Source: an uncultured Gammaproteobacteria bacterium (GTDB lineage: Bacteria; Patescibacteriota; Microgenomatia; UBA8517). From it: a stretch of DNA of 64,000 nt. Position 1 is the first letter of the stretch. Each line of letters starts with the position of its first letter. The stretch spans positions 81,640-145,639 of the forward strand of contig CAZRJH010000003.1 in the NCBI GenBank assembly GCA_964600575.1. The letters run 5' to 3'. The notes under the pieces were generated by a model. The model had not been told where the DNA came from. It worked only from the letters and a program-made list of their open reading frames with translations, and ran no database searches. Positions 46,532 to 56,679 of this stretch are shown here, one piece after another. The position numbers were made by a program, and so were the translations under genes.

Positions 46532-47790
46532 AAAATTTATTTAGCAACAAGCTCCACCTGTTTATTTTTATAGCGATAACTATTCTTTCGATTTATTCAC
46601 ATTTTAAAAATTATACTAATTTAGTTAACTTCAACTTAGACCCGCCTACTCATCTAACCGATGCTAAAAATATAGTTGAGTCGGGAAAGATTAATCTTGT
46701 CGGCCCCATGATAACTAGCAAAGAAGTCTTTGGAAGAAAGATTTTTTTGGGTCCATTTTATTATTACCTCTTGCAAGCTGCAGGGATAGTTACAAGATGG
46801 GATGTCATTATGATAAGTGTTTTTTTTACAATGATTTGGCCAGTCACTTTAGCAATTTTGTTTTTTTGGATAAGCGGTTTATTTGGGCCTTTAATTGCCC
46901 TCCCGATTTACGCAATCAGTTCCTTTATTCCTGAATTTATTGTATTTTCCCGACAGATTTGGAATTTGCAGCTGATACCTTTGTTTTCACTTTTGTTTTT
47001 GATTTTTGTTTTTCGTAGAAAAAATATTTATGACTACTTTTGGGCCGGTTTATTTTGGGGGCTATCATTTAATGTTCACTATGCCTCAATACTTTTTTTG
47101 CCCATCGCCGTTTACTTTTTTGCAAAAGACATTAAATCTAAAAGCAACTTTGTTAACAATTGGGCAACGGTTGCTTTCGGTTTGGCTTTGGCGGAGTTAC
47201 CCCTGATCATTTTTGAACTAAGGCACAATTTTTACAATCTACAAACAATTATTTTTCAATTAAAATACGGGGAATTATCCGCAGGCTATAAATTCAATCT
47301 TTGGTATTATTATGTACTTCCACTCTTCCCGCTCGCTTTTTACTTGATTGCTTCAAAGCTTGGCAATGTGAGAAACAAGAAACACCTTAAATACTTTCTA
47401 TTGTTGACTTGGCTACTTGCCGGTTTACTTTTTGTTAGCTCGGTAAACAGTCCGGGCCAGAGGCCTTTGCACCCGCCAGGGTGGACAGTAAATAGACAAA
47501 AGGAAATTGCCGATATAATAGTAAGTGAGAAGGAGAGGAATTTTGAGGTAGCCCAGACTATAAGTTCGGATACAAGATCGATGGAGCTCAGATGGTGGCT
47601 TAGACAAAAGGGAGTATTGCCGATGAGTGTGGAAGACTATCCCAAGGCAAGTGTGTTGTATTTGGTTTCAACCAAAGATAGACCGCCGGAAACAGAAGGT
47701 GTGTGGGAGGTGTCTTCCATAAGGCCCTTTAAAGTGGTTTACGAGAAAGATTTTGGCGACGGGATCGTGTTTTACAAACTTAAAAAATAA
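46528..47790 (+). CDS. Polytopic membrane protein, GT-C-like
   Basis: The 420-aa protein has about 10 TM helices followed by a C-terminal soluble domain. There is an ATGA overlap with the upstream gene. Confidence 0.4.
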   Translation: MKNLFSNKLHLFIFIAITILSIYSHFKNYTNLVNFNLDPPTHLTDAKNIVESGKINLVGPMITSKEVFGRKIFLGPFYYYLLQAAGIVTRWDVIMISVFFTMIWPVTLAILFFWISGLFGPLIALPIYAISSFIPEFIVFSRQIWNLQLIPLFSLLFLIFVFRRKNIYDYFWAGLFWGLSFNVHYASILFLPIAVYFFAKDIKSKSNFVNNWATVAFGLALAELPLIIFELRHNFYNLQTIIFQLKYGELSAGYKFNLWYYYVLPLFPLAFYLIASKLGNVRNKKHLKYFLLLTWLLAGLLFVSSVNSPGQRPLHPPGWTVNRQKEIADIIVSEKERNFEVAQTISSDTRSMELRWWLRQKGVLPMSVEDYPKASVLYLVSTKDRPPETEGVWEVSSIRPFKVVYEKDFGDGIVFYKLKK

Positions 47791-47815
47791 GAACTGTTTT
47801 TACAAGTCTAAAATT

Positions 47816-48832
47816 ATGAGAATACTTTTTATAAACATATATCAAACACTTGTGTCACGAGGTGCGGAAACTTTTGTGAGAGAACTTTCGCAAAGATTGT
47901 CCGGTGAAGTAGATATTATTTCGGGTAGTAAGCTACCTCCAAATAGATCCTCATTTCTGTGGCGTTTTTTTGTTGACCCAAACGGACTGGCTATTGCTTG
48001 GTTTACTCTTAGAAATATAACAAAAATAGTAAAGGGTAAATACGACATAATTATTCCGCTAAACGGTGGCTGGCAATCTGTGATTGTTAGGATTGTTAGT
48101 TTTGTTACGGGTTCAAAAATGGTTATTTCGGGTCAATCCGGAAACGGCTGGGATGACAGAGTTAATATATGTTCACTCCCTGATTGTTTTATTGCCCTAA
48201 CAGAATATTCAAAGTCTTGGGCAAGAGGTTTAAATAAATTAACACGAGTAGAAAAAATTGCCAACGGGGTGGATCTTAAAAAGTTTACACCCAACGGAGA
48301 TGTTTTTAGGAGCGGCCTCAAAAAACCGGTTGTTCTGGCTGTTGGGGCCTTTACATTGCAGAAAAATTTAGAGGCCGTAATAGAGGCAGTATCACTGCTC
48401 AATAATGTAAATCTCTTATTGGTTGGAGGAAATGGAGATCAAAAAGATTTTTTACAAAGCCTTGGTGTAAATAAGTTGGGGAATCGTTTTAAAATCTTAA
48501 CGGTTCCATATAATGACATGCCCAAAGTTTACCGATCTGCCGATGTTTTTACACTTGTATCTGAGTCGTCGGAAGCATTTGGTAATGTCTATGTAGAGGC
48601 CTTGGCTACCGGTTTACCTGTTATTGCCACAGACGACCCTCAAAGAAGAGAGGTTGTAGGAGATGCAGGCATCTTTGTCGATCCTAAAGATATAACAAAA
48701 TACTCCAAAGCTCTGGAAAGAGCACTGACTTCAAAGAGCAGGCAAAAATCGATAACACAAGCAGAAAATTTTTCCTGGGATAATATTGCAAAGAGATATG
48801 ATGATCTTTTTACTAAATTAATATCAAAATGA
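47816..48832 (+). CDS. GT4-family glycosyltransferase
   Basis: The start is at ATG 47816 (MRILFINI). 'SESSEAFGNVYVEALATGLPVIATDD' is the GT4 catalytic region. Confidence 0.7.
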   Translation: MRILFINIYQTLVSRGAETFVRELSQRLSGEVDIISGSKLPPNRSSFLWRFFVDPNGLAIAWFTLRNITKIVKGKYDIIIPLNGGWQSVIVRIVSFVTGSKMVISGQSGNGWDDRVNICSLPDCFIALTEYSKSWARGLNKLTRVEKIANGVDLKKFTPNGDVFRSGLKKPVVLAVGAFTLQKNLEAVIEAVSLLNNVNLLLVGGNGDQKDFLQSLGVNKLGNRFKILTVPYNDMPKVYRSADVFTLVSESSEAFGNVYVEALATGLPVIATDDPQRREVVGDAGIFVDPKDITKYSKALERALTSKSRQKSITQAENFSWDNIAKRYDDLFTKLISK

Positions 48833-49662
48833 TATCCGTAATCATACCCACGTACAACGAAGAAAAAGATCTAAAAAATTGTATTTTGTCGTTGGGGGAG
48901 CAAACACATAGAGATTTCGAGATACTTGTAGTTGATGACGGCTCTACCGATTCAACACCCGATATGATGAATAATTTGGCCCAAACTCTCCCAGGCGTTA
49001 CTTTTTTAAAACAAAATCACAAAGGTCCTGGAGCTGCCCGTAATTTTGGCGCAGCGAGGGCAAAAGGTGAAATACTGGTTTTTGTTGACGCGGATATGAC
49101 TTTTGATAAAGATTTCCTTAAGAATCTTATCAAACCTATTGGTCCAGAAATCCCGGGAACATTTAGTAAGGATGAATATGTGTCCAACTGGGATAATGTT
49201 TGGTCAAGGTGTTGGAATCTAAACGAAGGTTGGGCTGCAAAAAGGAGGCATCCGGCGACTTACCCCGACCAACAACCGGTTTTTAGGGCGATTTTAAAAA
49301 AAGAGTTTGATAAAGTTGGCGGATTCACACCGGGAGGATATGACGACGATTGGAGTTTGTCTAAGAAGTTGGGATATATGGCCGTTTCCGCACAAGATGC
49401 CCTTTTTTATCATAAAAATCCCTCAGATCTTAAAGAGATATTTAATCATGCCAAATGGGTTGCCAAAAGAAAATATAAATTCGGAAATTTCGGTTTGGTC
49501 ATCGGCCTCGTAAGAGTGTCTTTTCTGATGTCGCTACTTATCGGGTTTTACAAGTCCATAAGGGCAGGAGTGCCTGCCTTTGTGGTTTTTAAAATTGTTT
49601 ACGACCTGGGGCAGTTTGTCGGGATTCTGGATTTTTTGTTTTCTAAAAACGGTTCTAAGTAA
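48829..49662 (+). CDS. GT2-family glycosyltransferase with C-terminal TM anchor
   Basis: 'ISVIIPTYNEEKDL', 'ILVVDDGSTDST' and 'LVFVDADMTF' are GT2 motifs. The C-terminal stretch 'FGLVIGLVRVSFLMSLLIGF' is hydrophobic. Confidence 0.75.
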   Translation: MISVIIPTYNEEKDLKNCILSLGEQTHRDFEILVVDDGSTDSTPDMMNNLAQTLPGVTFLKQNHKGPGAARNFGAARAKGEILVFVDADMTFDKDFLKNLIKPIGPEIPGTFSKDEYVSNWDNVWSRCWNLNEGWAAKRRHPATYPDQQPVFRAILKKEFDKVGGFTPGGYDDDWSLSKKLGYMAVSAQDALFYHKNPSDLKEIFNHAKWVAKRKYKFGNFGLVIGLVRVSFLMSLLIGFYKSIRAGVPAFVVFKIVYDLGQFVGILDFLFSKNGSK

Positions 49663-49679
49663 GTCTGAGCAAATTAAAA

Positions 49680-51008
49680 ATGAATATACTTGCTATTTTA
49701 ATATTCGGTTTAGTTTTGAGAATGATAAGTCTAAATCAATCGTTGTGGTTAGATGAGGCAACGACCTCTCTGGTATCAAACATGTCTCTAAGCGATATTT
49801 TTACAAAATTTCTTCCGGGGGACTTTCATCCGCCTTTGTATTATCTTTTGATGAAGATTTGTGTTTTATTTTTTGGAGGTTCCGAAATATCCCTCAGAAT
49901 CCCCTCGGTTATTTTTGGATTAGGAACAATTTTTTTGGTTTACAAAATAGCAAGCCATTATTTTGATGATTTGACTGGCAAAGTAGCAGCTTTTTTAACT
50001 GCAACATCGGGTCTTTTAATTTATTATTCTCAGGAAGCCAGAATGTATAGTCTTGCAGCTTTTCTGGTCGCGCTTTGTTTTTATTTGTTAAGTAAAAGGC
50101 TATATTTGTTGTTTGGAATATTTCTGATGTTACTTGGAGCCAACGACTACGTTTCATTATTGATTGTACCTGTTTTTTGGGTGATTTCTTTAAAAGATAG
50201 ATCTAAATTTTACAAATCTTTGCTTCCGCTTGGTGTCTTTTTTGTATTTTGGTCGACGACCTTTTTAAGACAGCTAGGGTATGGATTAGATGTTGCCGGT
50301 ACTGCTTGGGGGCGAATATTGGGGCCCTCGACACTTAAAAATATATTACTGATCCCCGTTAAATTCGTTTTTGGAAGAATAGGGTTTTCGGACCAGTTGG
50401 TTTATACACTCATTGTTGCCACTACATTTGTTTTTATTATTGCAATTTTCTATAGATCCAAACCTGCCAGGTCTTCCAAAATCTTTTGGCTTTGGCTAAT
50501 TTTACCTACAGTGTTAGGGATAATAGTTAGTTTAAAAATTCCGACCCTAAGCTATTTTAGATTTATTTTTACACTTCCCTCAATGTACATACTTATTGCA
50601 AGCGCCTTGGTTAATTCGGGTAACATTAAAAAACTGGGACTGGTACTTATGATTTGTTTGAACATTGCAACCTCACTTACATATCTTTTTAATTCCAGGT
50701 TTCAAAGAGAGGACTGGAGAAGCGCCGTTAAATACATAGAAAATCTAAAATCGGATAAGTCGATTACAATTTTTGTTTCTAAATCTAATTGGGAGGCTTA
50801 CAGATATTATGCTCCTGATGCTAAAATTGGAAGTTCCGAATCATTAAACAAAGATTATGATCAAATATTTTTGATGAGATATGTTCAAGATATTTTTGAT
50901 CCGGAGGACACTGTTGCCAAAAGGGTTTTGGAGTTGGGTTATAAATACGAGAATACAATAGACTTTAATGGCGTTGTTGCCTACAGGTATACAGGCCAAA
51001 AGCAATAA
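49680..51008 (+). CDS. GT-C membrane glycosyltransferase, PMT/ArnT-like (shorter paralog)
   Basis: 'SLWLDEATTSLVSNMSLSDIF' is the D-E loop motif right after TM1. The protein is 442 aa and polytopic. Confidence 0.6.
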   Translation: MNILAILIFGLVLRMISLNQSLWLDEATTSLVSNMSLSDIFTKFLPGDFHPPLYYLLMKICVLFFGGSEISLRIPSVIFGLGTIFLVYKIASHYFDDLTGKVAAFLTATSGLLIYYSQEARMYSLAAFLVALCFYLLSKRLYLLFGIFLMLLGANDYVSLLIVPVFWVISLKDRSKFYKSLLPLGVFFVFWSTTFLRQLGYGLDVAGTAWGRILGPSTLKNILLIPVKFVFGRIGFSDQLVYTLIVATTFVFIIAIFYRSKPARSSKIFWLWLILPTVLGIIVSLKIPTLSYFRFIFTLPSMYILIASALVNSGNIKKLGLVLMICLNIATSLTYLFNSRFQREDWRSAVKYIENLKSDKSITIFVSKSNWEAYRYYAPDAKIGSSESLNKDYDQIFLMRYVQDIFDPEDTVAKRVLELGYKYENTIDFNGVVAYRYTGQKQ

Positions 51009-51025
51009 AGCCATGCTAAAAATAT

Positions 51026-52123
51026 ATGAAAATTGCAATTGATATATCACAAATTGTTTACGGAACGGGTGTGTCTTTTTATACCCAAAACCTTGTTTCT
51101 AATTTATTATCCTTGGATAACCAAAATGAATATTTGCTTTTTGCAGGAGCTTTAAGGCAAATTGGAGAGATAAATAACTTTGTAAAAACCCTAAACGGCA
51201 AGTTTTCGGTTAAGACTCTACCTCTGCCGCCGGTTTTATCCGAGTTAATATGGAACAGATATCACCGCATACCTTTAGAGAAAATTATCGGCAATTTTGA
51301 CTTGTTACATACTTCGGATTGGACTGAGCCTTTTACAAACTTTAATAAAGTTACTACCGTTCACGATTTAGCCCCTGTTTTGTATCCGGGATTATTCCCC
51401 AGAGACTCGGTTAGAAATATCGTTCGAGTTCATACCAAAAAATTAGAATTGGTTAAAAAAGAATCCAAGTTCATAATTACCCCTTCCTTGGCAACCAAGA
51501 ATGACTTGGTTGGTTTGGGTTTTGAATTGGATCGAGTCAGGGTTATTCCTGAAGCCGTCGGCTCTAATTTTGCAAAGGTCGAAGACTCAAGGGTAGAGGA
51601 GCTTAAAAGAAATTACAAAATATCCGGAAGTTATGTTCTGGCAGTCGGAATTAACGCCAGAAAAAACACAAAAAGAATAATCGAGGCTTTTAATAGAGTA
51701 ATGGCCGGTAAAGACTTAAAGTTGGTGATAATCGGGAATGATAAATATTCGGAAATAAAAGATCAAAGAAATGTAAGAGTAACAGGCTATGTTCCAAACA
51801 ATTTGCTCCCAGTGCTTTACTCAGGGGCTTCGGCTTTACTTTACCCGTCATTCTACGAAGGCTTTGGGCTACCTATTTTGGAAGCTTTCGCTTGTGGTTG
51901 TCCGGTAGTTACATCAAATCTGTCATCCATGAAAGAGGTTGCGGGGGGTGCGGCGTGTTTAGTTGATCCCGATTCTGTGGACTCCATAGTCGAAGGGTTA
52001 GAAAAAGTGTTAAGGGGTCCTAAGGCGTTTACGGATGGAGGTTATAAACGTGCTGCCGAATTTTCATGGATGGACACGGCAAAAAAGACATTGGAAATTT
52101 ACAAAGAAGCTGTTAAAAAATAA
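51026..52123 (+). CDS. GT4-family glycosyltransferase (mannosyltransferase-like)
   Basis: 'YEGFGLPILEAFACGCPVVTSN' is the GT4 motif. It is a paralog of 20021..21061. Confidence 0.75.
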   Translation: MKIAIDISQIVYGTGVSFYTQNLVSNLLSLDNQNEYLLFAGALRQIGEINNFVKTLNGKFSVKTLPLPPVLSELIWNRYHRIPLEKIIGNFDLLHTSDWTEPFTNFNKVTTVHDLAPVLYPGLFPRDSVRNIVRVHTKKLELVKKESKFIITPSLATKNDLVGLGFELDRVRVIPEAVGSNFAKVEDSRVEELKRNYKISGSYVLAVGINARKNTKRIIEAFNRVMAGKDLKLVIIGNDKYSEIKDQRNVRVTGYVPNNLLPVLYSGASALLYPSFYEGFGLPILEAFACGCPVVTSNLSSMKEVAGGAACLVDPDSVDSIVEGLEKVLRGPKAFTDGGYKRAAEFSWMDTAKKTLEIYKEAVKK

Positions 52124-52124
52124 T

Positions 52125-53240
52125 ATGATTATTGGAATCGACGGAAACGAAGCTAATGTAGAAAATCGTGTCGGAATTAATGTTTACGGTTACGAACTGC
52201 TCTGGGGACTCTACCGACTACAGGAAGAGTGGAAAAATGATCTTGAGCTCATAGTTTATCTTAAAAACGACCCAATCGCCGATCTACCGAAAGAAACACA
52301 AAAGTTTAGATACAAAGTTATAAGGGGTGGGGGTAACTGGATATTTAAAAATCTTACTCCCGAACTGATGTTTTCAAAACCCAAGCCCGACTTGTTTTTC
52401 TCTCCAGGTCATTATGTTCCTGTTTTTGCGACGCAGACTAAGGTTTGTTCAATTATGGACCTGGGTTACCTCGAATTCTCGGGACAATTTAGAAAAAAAG
52501 ACTTTTGGCAGTTAAAGCTATGGAGTGCTATTAGTATATATGTATCAAAAGCGGTCATTGCGATATCAAACAGTACAAAACAAGACATTGTACGACATTA
52601 CCCGACAGTTGAATCAAAAGTTTACATTACACATTTGGGTTATGATAGCTCTAAGTTCAACCCCGACATAAGTCCAAATGATGTGCGACGTGTCAAAAAT
52701 AAGTACTCCATAGTTGATGACTATGTGTTATACATTGGCACTCTCAAGCCTAGTAAAAATGTTAAATCACTAATTCAGGCTGTTTGTCAAATAAAAAATG
52801 CAAAATTGGTGATAGCCGGTAAAAAAGGATGGTTGTTTAACGATATATACGACGAAGTAAAAAAGTTAAATGCCGAGGATAAAATAATATTCACCGATTT
52901 TGTGGAAGAGGGTGATAAACCGGGTTTAATAAAAGGTGCAAAAGTTTTGGCAATGCCATCATACTGGGAAGGTTTTGGCTTGGACGCTTTGAACGCAATG
53001 GCAAGTGGTGTCCCAGTTGTTGTGTCGGACAGAGGCTCATTACCCGAAGTAGTGGGCCAGGCTGGGGTCTTGGTGGACCCGGCGGATGTAAACAGTATAA
53101 GAGAAGGTCTGGAAAAAATACTATTTATGAACCCGAAACGCTATAATGATCAAAAGAAACTGGTTATCAAGCAGGCTAAAAAGTTTTCTTGGGAAGAAAC
53201 CAGCAAAAAAACTTTAGAGATAATAAAAAAATATGCTTAG
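52125..53240 (+). CDS. GT4-family glycosyltransferase (mannosyltransferase-like)
   Basis: The start is at ATG 52125 ([10 protein letters not shown]). '[31 protein letters not shown]' is the GT4 motif. Confidence 0.75.
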   Translation: MIIGIDGNEANVENRVGINVYGYELLWGLYRLQEEWKNDLELIVYLKNDPIADLPKETQKFRYKVIRGGGNWIFKNLTPELMFSKPKPDLFFSPGHYVPVFATQTKVCSIMDLGYLEFSGQFRKKDFWQLKLWSAISIYVSKAVIAISNSTKQDIVRHYPTVESKVYITHLGYDSSKFNPDISPNDVRRVKNKYSIVDDYVLYIGTLKPSKNVKSLIQAVCQIKNAKLVIAGKKGWLFNDIYDEVKKLNAEDKIIFTDFVEEGDKPGLIKGAKVLAMPSYWEGFGLDALNAMASGVPVVVSDRGSLPEVVGQAGVLVDPADVNSIREGLEKILFMNPKRYNDQKKLVIKQAKKFSWEETSKKTLEIIKKYA

Positions 53241-53829
53241 AGATAAAAACGGTAAAACTTTGGGGGCGACAGAGGTTGCTCAAAAAGGAATTACTCGTAT
53301 TTACAACTATTTAACGGATTTTGAGCTAATGGTGCTTAGAATCGTCGGTGGCGTTCCGTTTCATTCTTTTCGTAATCTCTTTTATAAAATAGCAGGTGTG
53401 CGCATGGGTAAAGGGTCGGCAATTCATATGTGGGCCAACTTCTTTGAGCCTTCGAATATTTCAATAGGCAGCGATACTATTATAGGGGACCATGTCTTTT
53501 TGGACGGTCGAGCGAAGCTTGTAATCGGAAATCATGTAGATATTGCTTCGCAAGTACTTATTTACAATTCCGAACACGATATAAATAGTTCTGATTTTTC
53601 GGCGGTAAATGCCCAAGTTGTAATTGAGGATTATGTATTCATAGGGCCAAGGTCGGTCATTCTACCAGGGGTTAAGCTTGGAAAGGGATCTGTCGTTGCT
53701 GCGGGTGCCGTGGTTACTAAAGATGTTCCCGATTTTGCTATTGTAGGAGGAGTTCCTGCAAAAATAATCGGAGAGAGAACAAACAGGCACCCATCTTACA
53801 AACTAGGCCGTGCCAGACTTTTCCAATAA
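53233..53829 (+). CDS. Hexapeptide-repeat (left-handed beta-helix) sugar O-acetyltransferase
   Basis: Tandem [LIV]-G-x4 hexapeptides are present: '[17 protein letters not shown]', '[11 protein letters not shown]', '[33 protein letters not shown]' and '[14 protein letters not shown]'. Confidence 0.75.
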   Translation: MLRDKNGKTLGATEVAQKGITRIYNYLTDFELMVLRIVGGVPFHSFRNLFYKIAGVRMGKGSAIHMWANFFEPSNISIGSDTIIGDHVFLDGRAKLVIGNHVDIASQVLIYNSEHDINSSDFSAVNAQVVIEDYVFIGPRSVILPGVKLGKGSVVAAGAVVTKDVPDFAIVGGVPAKIIGERTNRHPSYKLGRARLFQ

Positions 53830-54366
53830 ATGAGAAAATTCTTAAAGTTGGTTTTTTTCTCCCTTTTTGCTTTACTCCTTTTTTATCTAATATTCCCTAG
53901 TCCCGAGTTTCCAAAGCCTTTGCCTGATTCTATTCAATCACACGAACCCGCCGACATCGAAACGCCTTTTAGGAGGGCATATTTTACTAACTACGGAAGA
54001 CAGGAGGTTGTAGATTGGTATACTTCGGAGTTCAATAAGCCTACAATTTTCAATATAAAGTTTAGTTCGATAAGACTAAATTACGGTCCGGAAGAAGCGG
54101 GTACTATTATAAGAGATCAAACAAGGAGTACTTTCTTGGAAGAAGTCGCCCACCCGTTAAGAGAAAGTATTTATATTAATGGTTTCGAGCCTAAAGATCC
54201 CAAAGACGAAATATTCATTGAAAATCGGCATTGGAAACAAAAGATAATAGTTAGACATGTACAAAGTTCGGCTTTGGCTCGTTTGTTGGTGTTTGCCGGA
54301 TTAGTTGTTTCAACCATTCTGATTGAACAGGCTGTAACCGGTTTGGTGAAAAAAGGTAAAAAATGA
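53830..54366 (+). CDS. Hypothetical bitopic membrane protein (N- and C-terminal TM helices)
   Basis: The 178-aa protein has hydrophobic stretches at both ends. It has no recognisable catalytic motif. Confidence 0.3.
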   Translation: MRKFLKLVFFSLFALLLFYLIFPSPEFPKPLPDSIQSHEPADIETPFRRAYFTNYGRQEVVDWYTSEFNKPTIFNIKFSSIRLNYGPEEAGTIIRDQTRSTFLEEVAHPLRESIYINGFEPKDPKDEIFIENRHWKQKIIVRHVQSSALARLLVFAGLVVSTILIEQAVTGLVKKGKK

Positions 54367-54383
54367 TTTGATATAATTTCAAT

Positions 54384-55310
54384 ATGAAAAATCCCGACAT
54401 TTCGATCGTAATAGTTTCCACAAATATAGAGGACTTACTGAGAAAGTGTTTAAAGTCCTTGGTTCCCGCACTCAAAAGCATTAGTTCGGAGGTCATCGTT
54501 GTAGATAACGCCTCAAAAGACAAAACTCCGGATATGGTTGCAAAGGAGTTTCCCTGGGTAAAGCTCATAAGAAAACACGAGAATAGAGGTTTTGGAGCCA
54601 ATAATAATTTTGGAATGAAGGTTGCTAAAGGTCGGTATGTGCTTTTATTAAATTCCGATACCGAAATAATTGATAAAAATATTTTTAAAGAAATGATTGA
54701 ATGGATGGACTCCCATGCCGATGTGGGTGTTACAACTTCCGCATTGGTAAACCCTGATAGAAAGACCTACCAAGGTTCCGGCGGTTCTTTCCCGGATCTT
54801 CTTCGTGTTTTTGCTTGGATGTTTTTTATAGACGATATTCCCGGGCTTGATAACTTAATTAAGCCGTATCATCCGCTTCACGGTTTTTCTCCGTTAAATA
54901 CCAATGAGGATTATTTCAAAAAAGAGCACGAACAAGATTGGTTAACGGGCGCCTTTTATATGATGAGAAAAACGGCAATGGACGAGTCGGGGTTGTTTGA
55001 CGAAGACTTCTTTTTATATGTAGAAGAAGTCGAACTTTCCTATAGATTCAAAAAGAACGGTTGGAGATTGTGGTATTTGCCAAAGTGGAAGATTGTACAT
55101 TACGGAATGGTGACAAACGGAAGCGAAAAAGCGATGATTTTTGAAATGCAGAACATAAAGCTGCTTTACAAAAAACATATGCCGGGATGGCAGTTACCAA
55201 TACTTACTTTGATTCTCAAACTAGGGGCTCTTATCAGAATTGCGATTTTTGGAATTCTTAGCGGTCCCAAAGTCGCAAAAATATATGCAAAAGCGTTCAT
55301 GGCTATTTGA
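54384..55310 (+). CDS. GT2-family glycosyltransferase
   Basis: 'ISIVIVSTNIEDLL', 'VIVVDNASKDKT', 'GFGANNNFG', 'LLLNSDTEI' and 'FFLYVEEVELSYR' are GT2 motifs. Confidence 0.75.
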   Translation: MKNPDISIVIVSTNIEDLLRKCLKSLVPALKSISSEVIVVDNASKDKTPDMVAKEFPWVKLIRKHENRGFGANNNFGMKVAKGRYVLLLNSDTEIIDKNIFKEMIEWMDSHADVGVTTSALVNPDRKTYQGSGGSFPDLLRVFAWMFFIDDIPGLDNLIKPYHPLHGFSPLNTNEDYFKKEHEQDWLTGAFYMMRKTAMDESGLFDEDFFLYVEEVELSYRFKKNGWRLWYLPKWKIVHYGMVTNGSEKAMIFEMQNIKLLYKKHMPGWQLPILTLILKLGALIRIAIFGILSGPKVAKIYAKAFMAI

Positions 55311-56679
55311 GAAAGCGGCCAAATATCTGTTGGCTGCCGTTTTGGTGATAGTTCCACTTTTCCCTAAATTTCCTTTAATCACCGTAGGCGGGACATATGT
55401 TGCTGTAAGGTTCGAAGATTTATTAATTCTAGTCTTGGGGATTTTGGTTGGAATCAACTTTGTTTTAAATATTAAAACTTACCTCAAGCAAAAACTGTTC
55501 TTTGCCATAGCCGTTTTCTTTTTTGTAGGAATGTTGTCAACCGTAAGTGCCGCTTTTTTAACCCAAACAATTTCTCTCAAAATTGGACTTCTCCATTTAT
55601 TTAGAAGACTTGAGTATTTAATACCTTTTTTTGCTGTTTTAACTCTCTTACCAAAACAAAAAGCAAGCGAATATTTTAACTTTTATCTAAAGATTTTGGT
55701 AATAGTTACAGCTGTCGCCTTTGTTTACGGTTTTGGCCAAAGATACTTTCGTTTTCCGATAATAATTACACAAAACGAGGAATACTCAAAAGGTGTGGCA
55801 TTGTTTTGGACACCCGGTAGTCATATCAACTCTACTTTTGCTGGGCATTATGACGAGGCTGCCGTTATGGTTCTTCTTTTGTCTATTTTTCTTGCGCTAT
55901 ATCCGTCAGTTAAGGAATTTTGGTCCAAACTTAGCTTGGCCTGCGCATCATTAATGGGAATTTGGCTTCTGGTAAATTCTCTTTCCAGAATTGCGCAGGT
56001 TTCTTATCTTGTTGCAGTCAGCGTCCCTTTGATACTGTCAAAAAAGTTTAAATTTTTGGGTTTTGTGGCATTTGTAAGCCTTTTAATAATAGGATCTTCG
56101 TCTGGTCTGGCCGGCCGATTTTCAAGAATAATAGAAGTTTTTTACAAAAAAATATCGATCGGAAGCCCGATCAGCTATATTAATCAGGCCTTTATTGTTA
56201 ACGCCGCCGATACAACACTTCCCTTAAAAAGAGATAGTGCAACTCCCACGCCCACTCCCGTTCCGGTATTTGAAGACAGATCAACTTCTATAAGGCTGAA
56301 TGTCGAGTGGCCGAGAGCAATACGGGCTTTTAATAAAAACATATTTTTAGGAACAGGTTACTCTTCTATAAATCTGGCCACTGACAACGACTACCTGCGT
56401 CTCCTTGGGGAAACCGGTATTTTTGGCTTTACTTCGTTTTGGATTATTATTTTCTATCTTGGTTCGGAATTTTTTGAATTCTATAAAAATAGAGCCAAAT
56501 TCGAAGAGAATAAGCGAATGTTTATATTTGCCGTTATCGGGGGCGCTTTGGGAACATTCTTGAGCGTTTTATTTCTTGACCTTTTTGAAGCTTCTAAATT
56601 TGCATTGTTATTCTGGTTTTTGATTGGTTTCTCAATATACTTAAAGCGGTCAGTGCTTTCCGATTATGAAAACATATAA
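55285..56679 (+). CDS. O-antigen ligase/polymerase-like membrane protein (Wzy/WaaL superfamily)
   Basis: There are about 10-12 TM helices and a large external loop (residues about 300-360 with 'TPTPTPVP'). The N-terminus 'KAAKYLLAAVLVIVPLFPKFP' and the segment 'NSLSRIAQVSYLVAV' are as in Wzy_C-type proteins. The start is taken at ATG 55285, downstream of the overlap with the previous gene. Confidence 0.5.
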   Translation: MQKRSWLFEKAAKYLLAAVLVIVPLFPKFPLITVGGTYVAVRFEDLLILVLGILVGINFVLNIKTYLKQKLFFAIAVFFFVGMLSTVSAAFLTQTISLKIGLLHLFRRLEYLIPFFAVLTLLPKQKASEYFNFYLKILVIVTAVAFVYGFGQRYFRFPIIITQNEEYSKGVALFWTPGSHINSTFAGHYDEAAVMVLLLSIFLALYPSVKEFWSKLSLACASLMGIWLLVNSLSRIAQVSYLVAVSVPLILSKKFKFLGFVAFVSLLIIGSSSGLAGRFSRIIEVFYKKISIGSPISYINQAFIVNAADTTLPLKRDSATPTPTPVPVFEDRSTSIRLNVEWPRAIRAFNKNIFLGTGYSSINLATDNDYLRLLGETGIFGFTSFWIIIFYLGSEFFEFYKNRAKFEENKRMFIFAVIGGALGTFLSVLFLDLFEASKFALLFWFLIGFSIYLKRSVLSDYENI

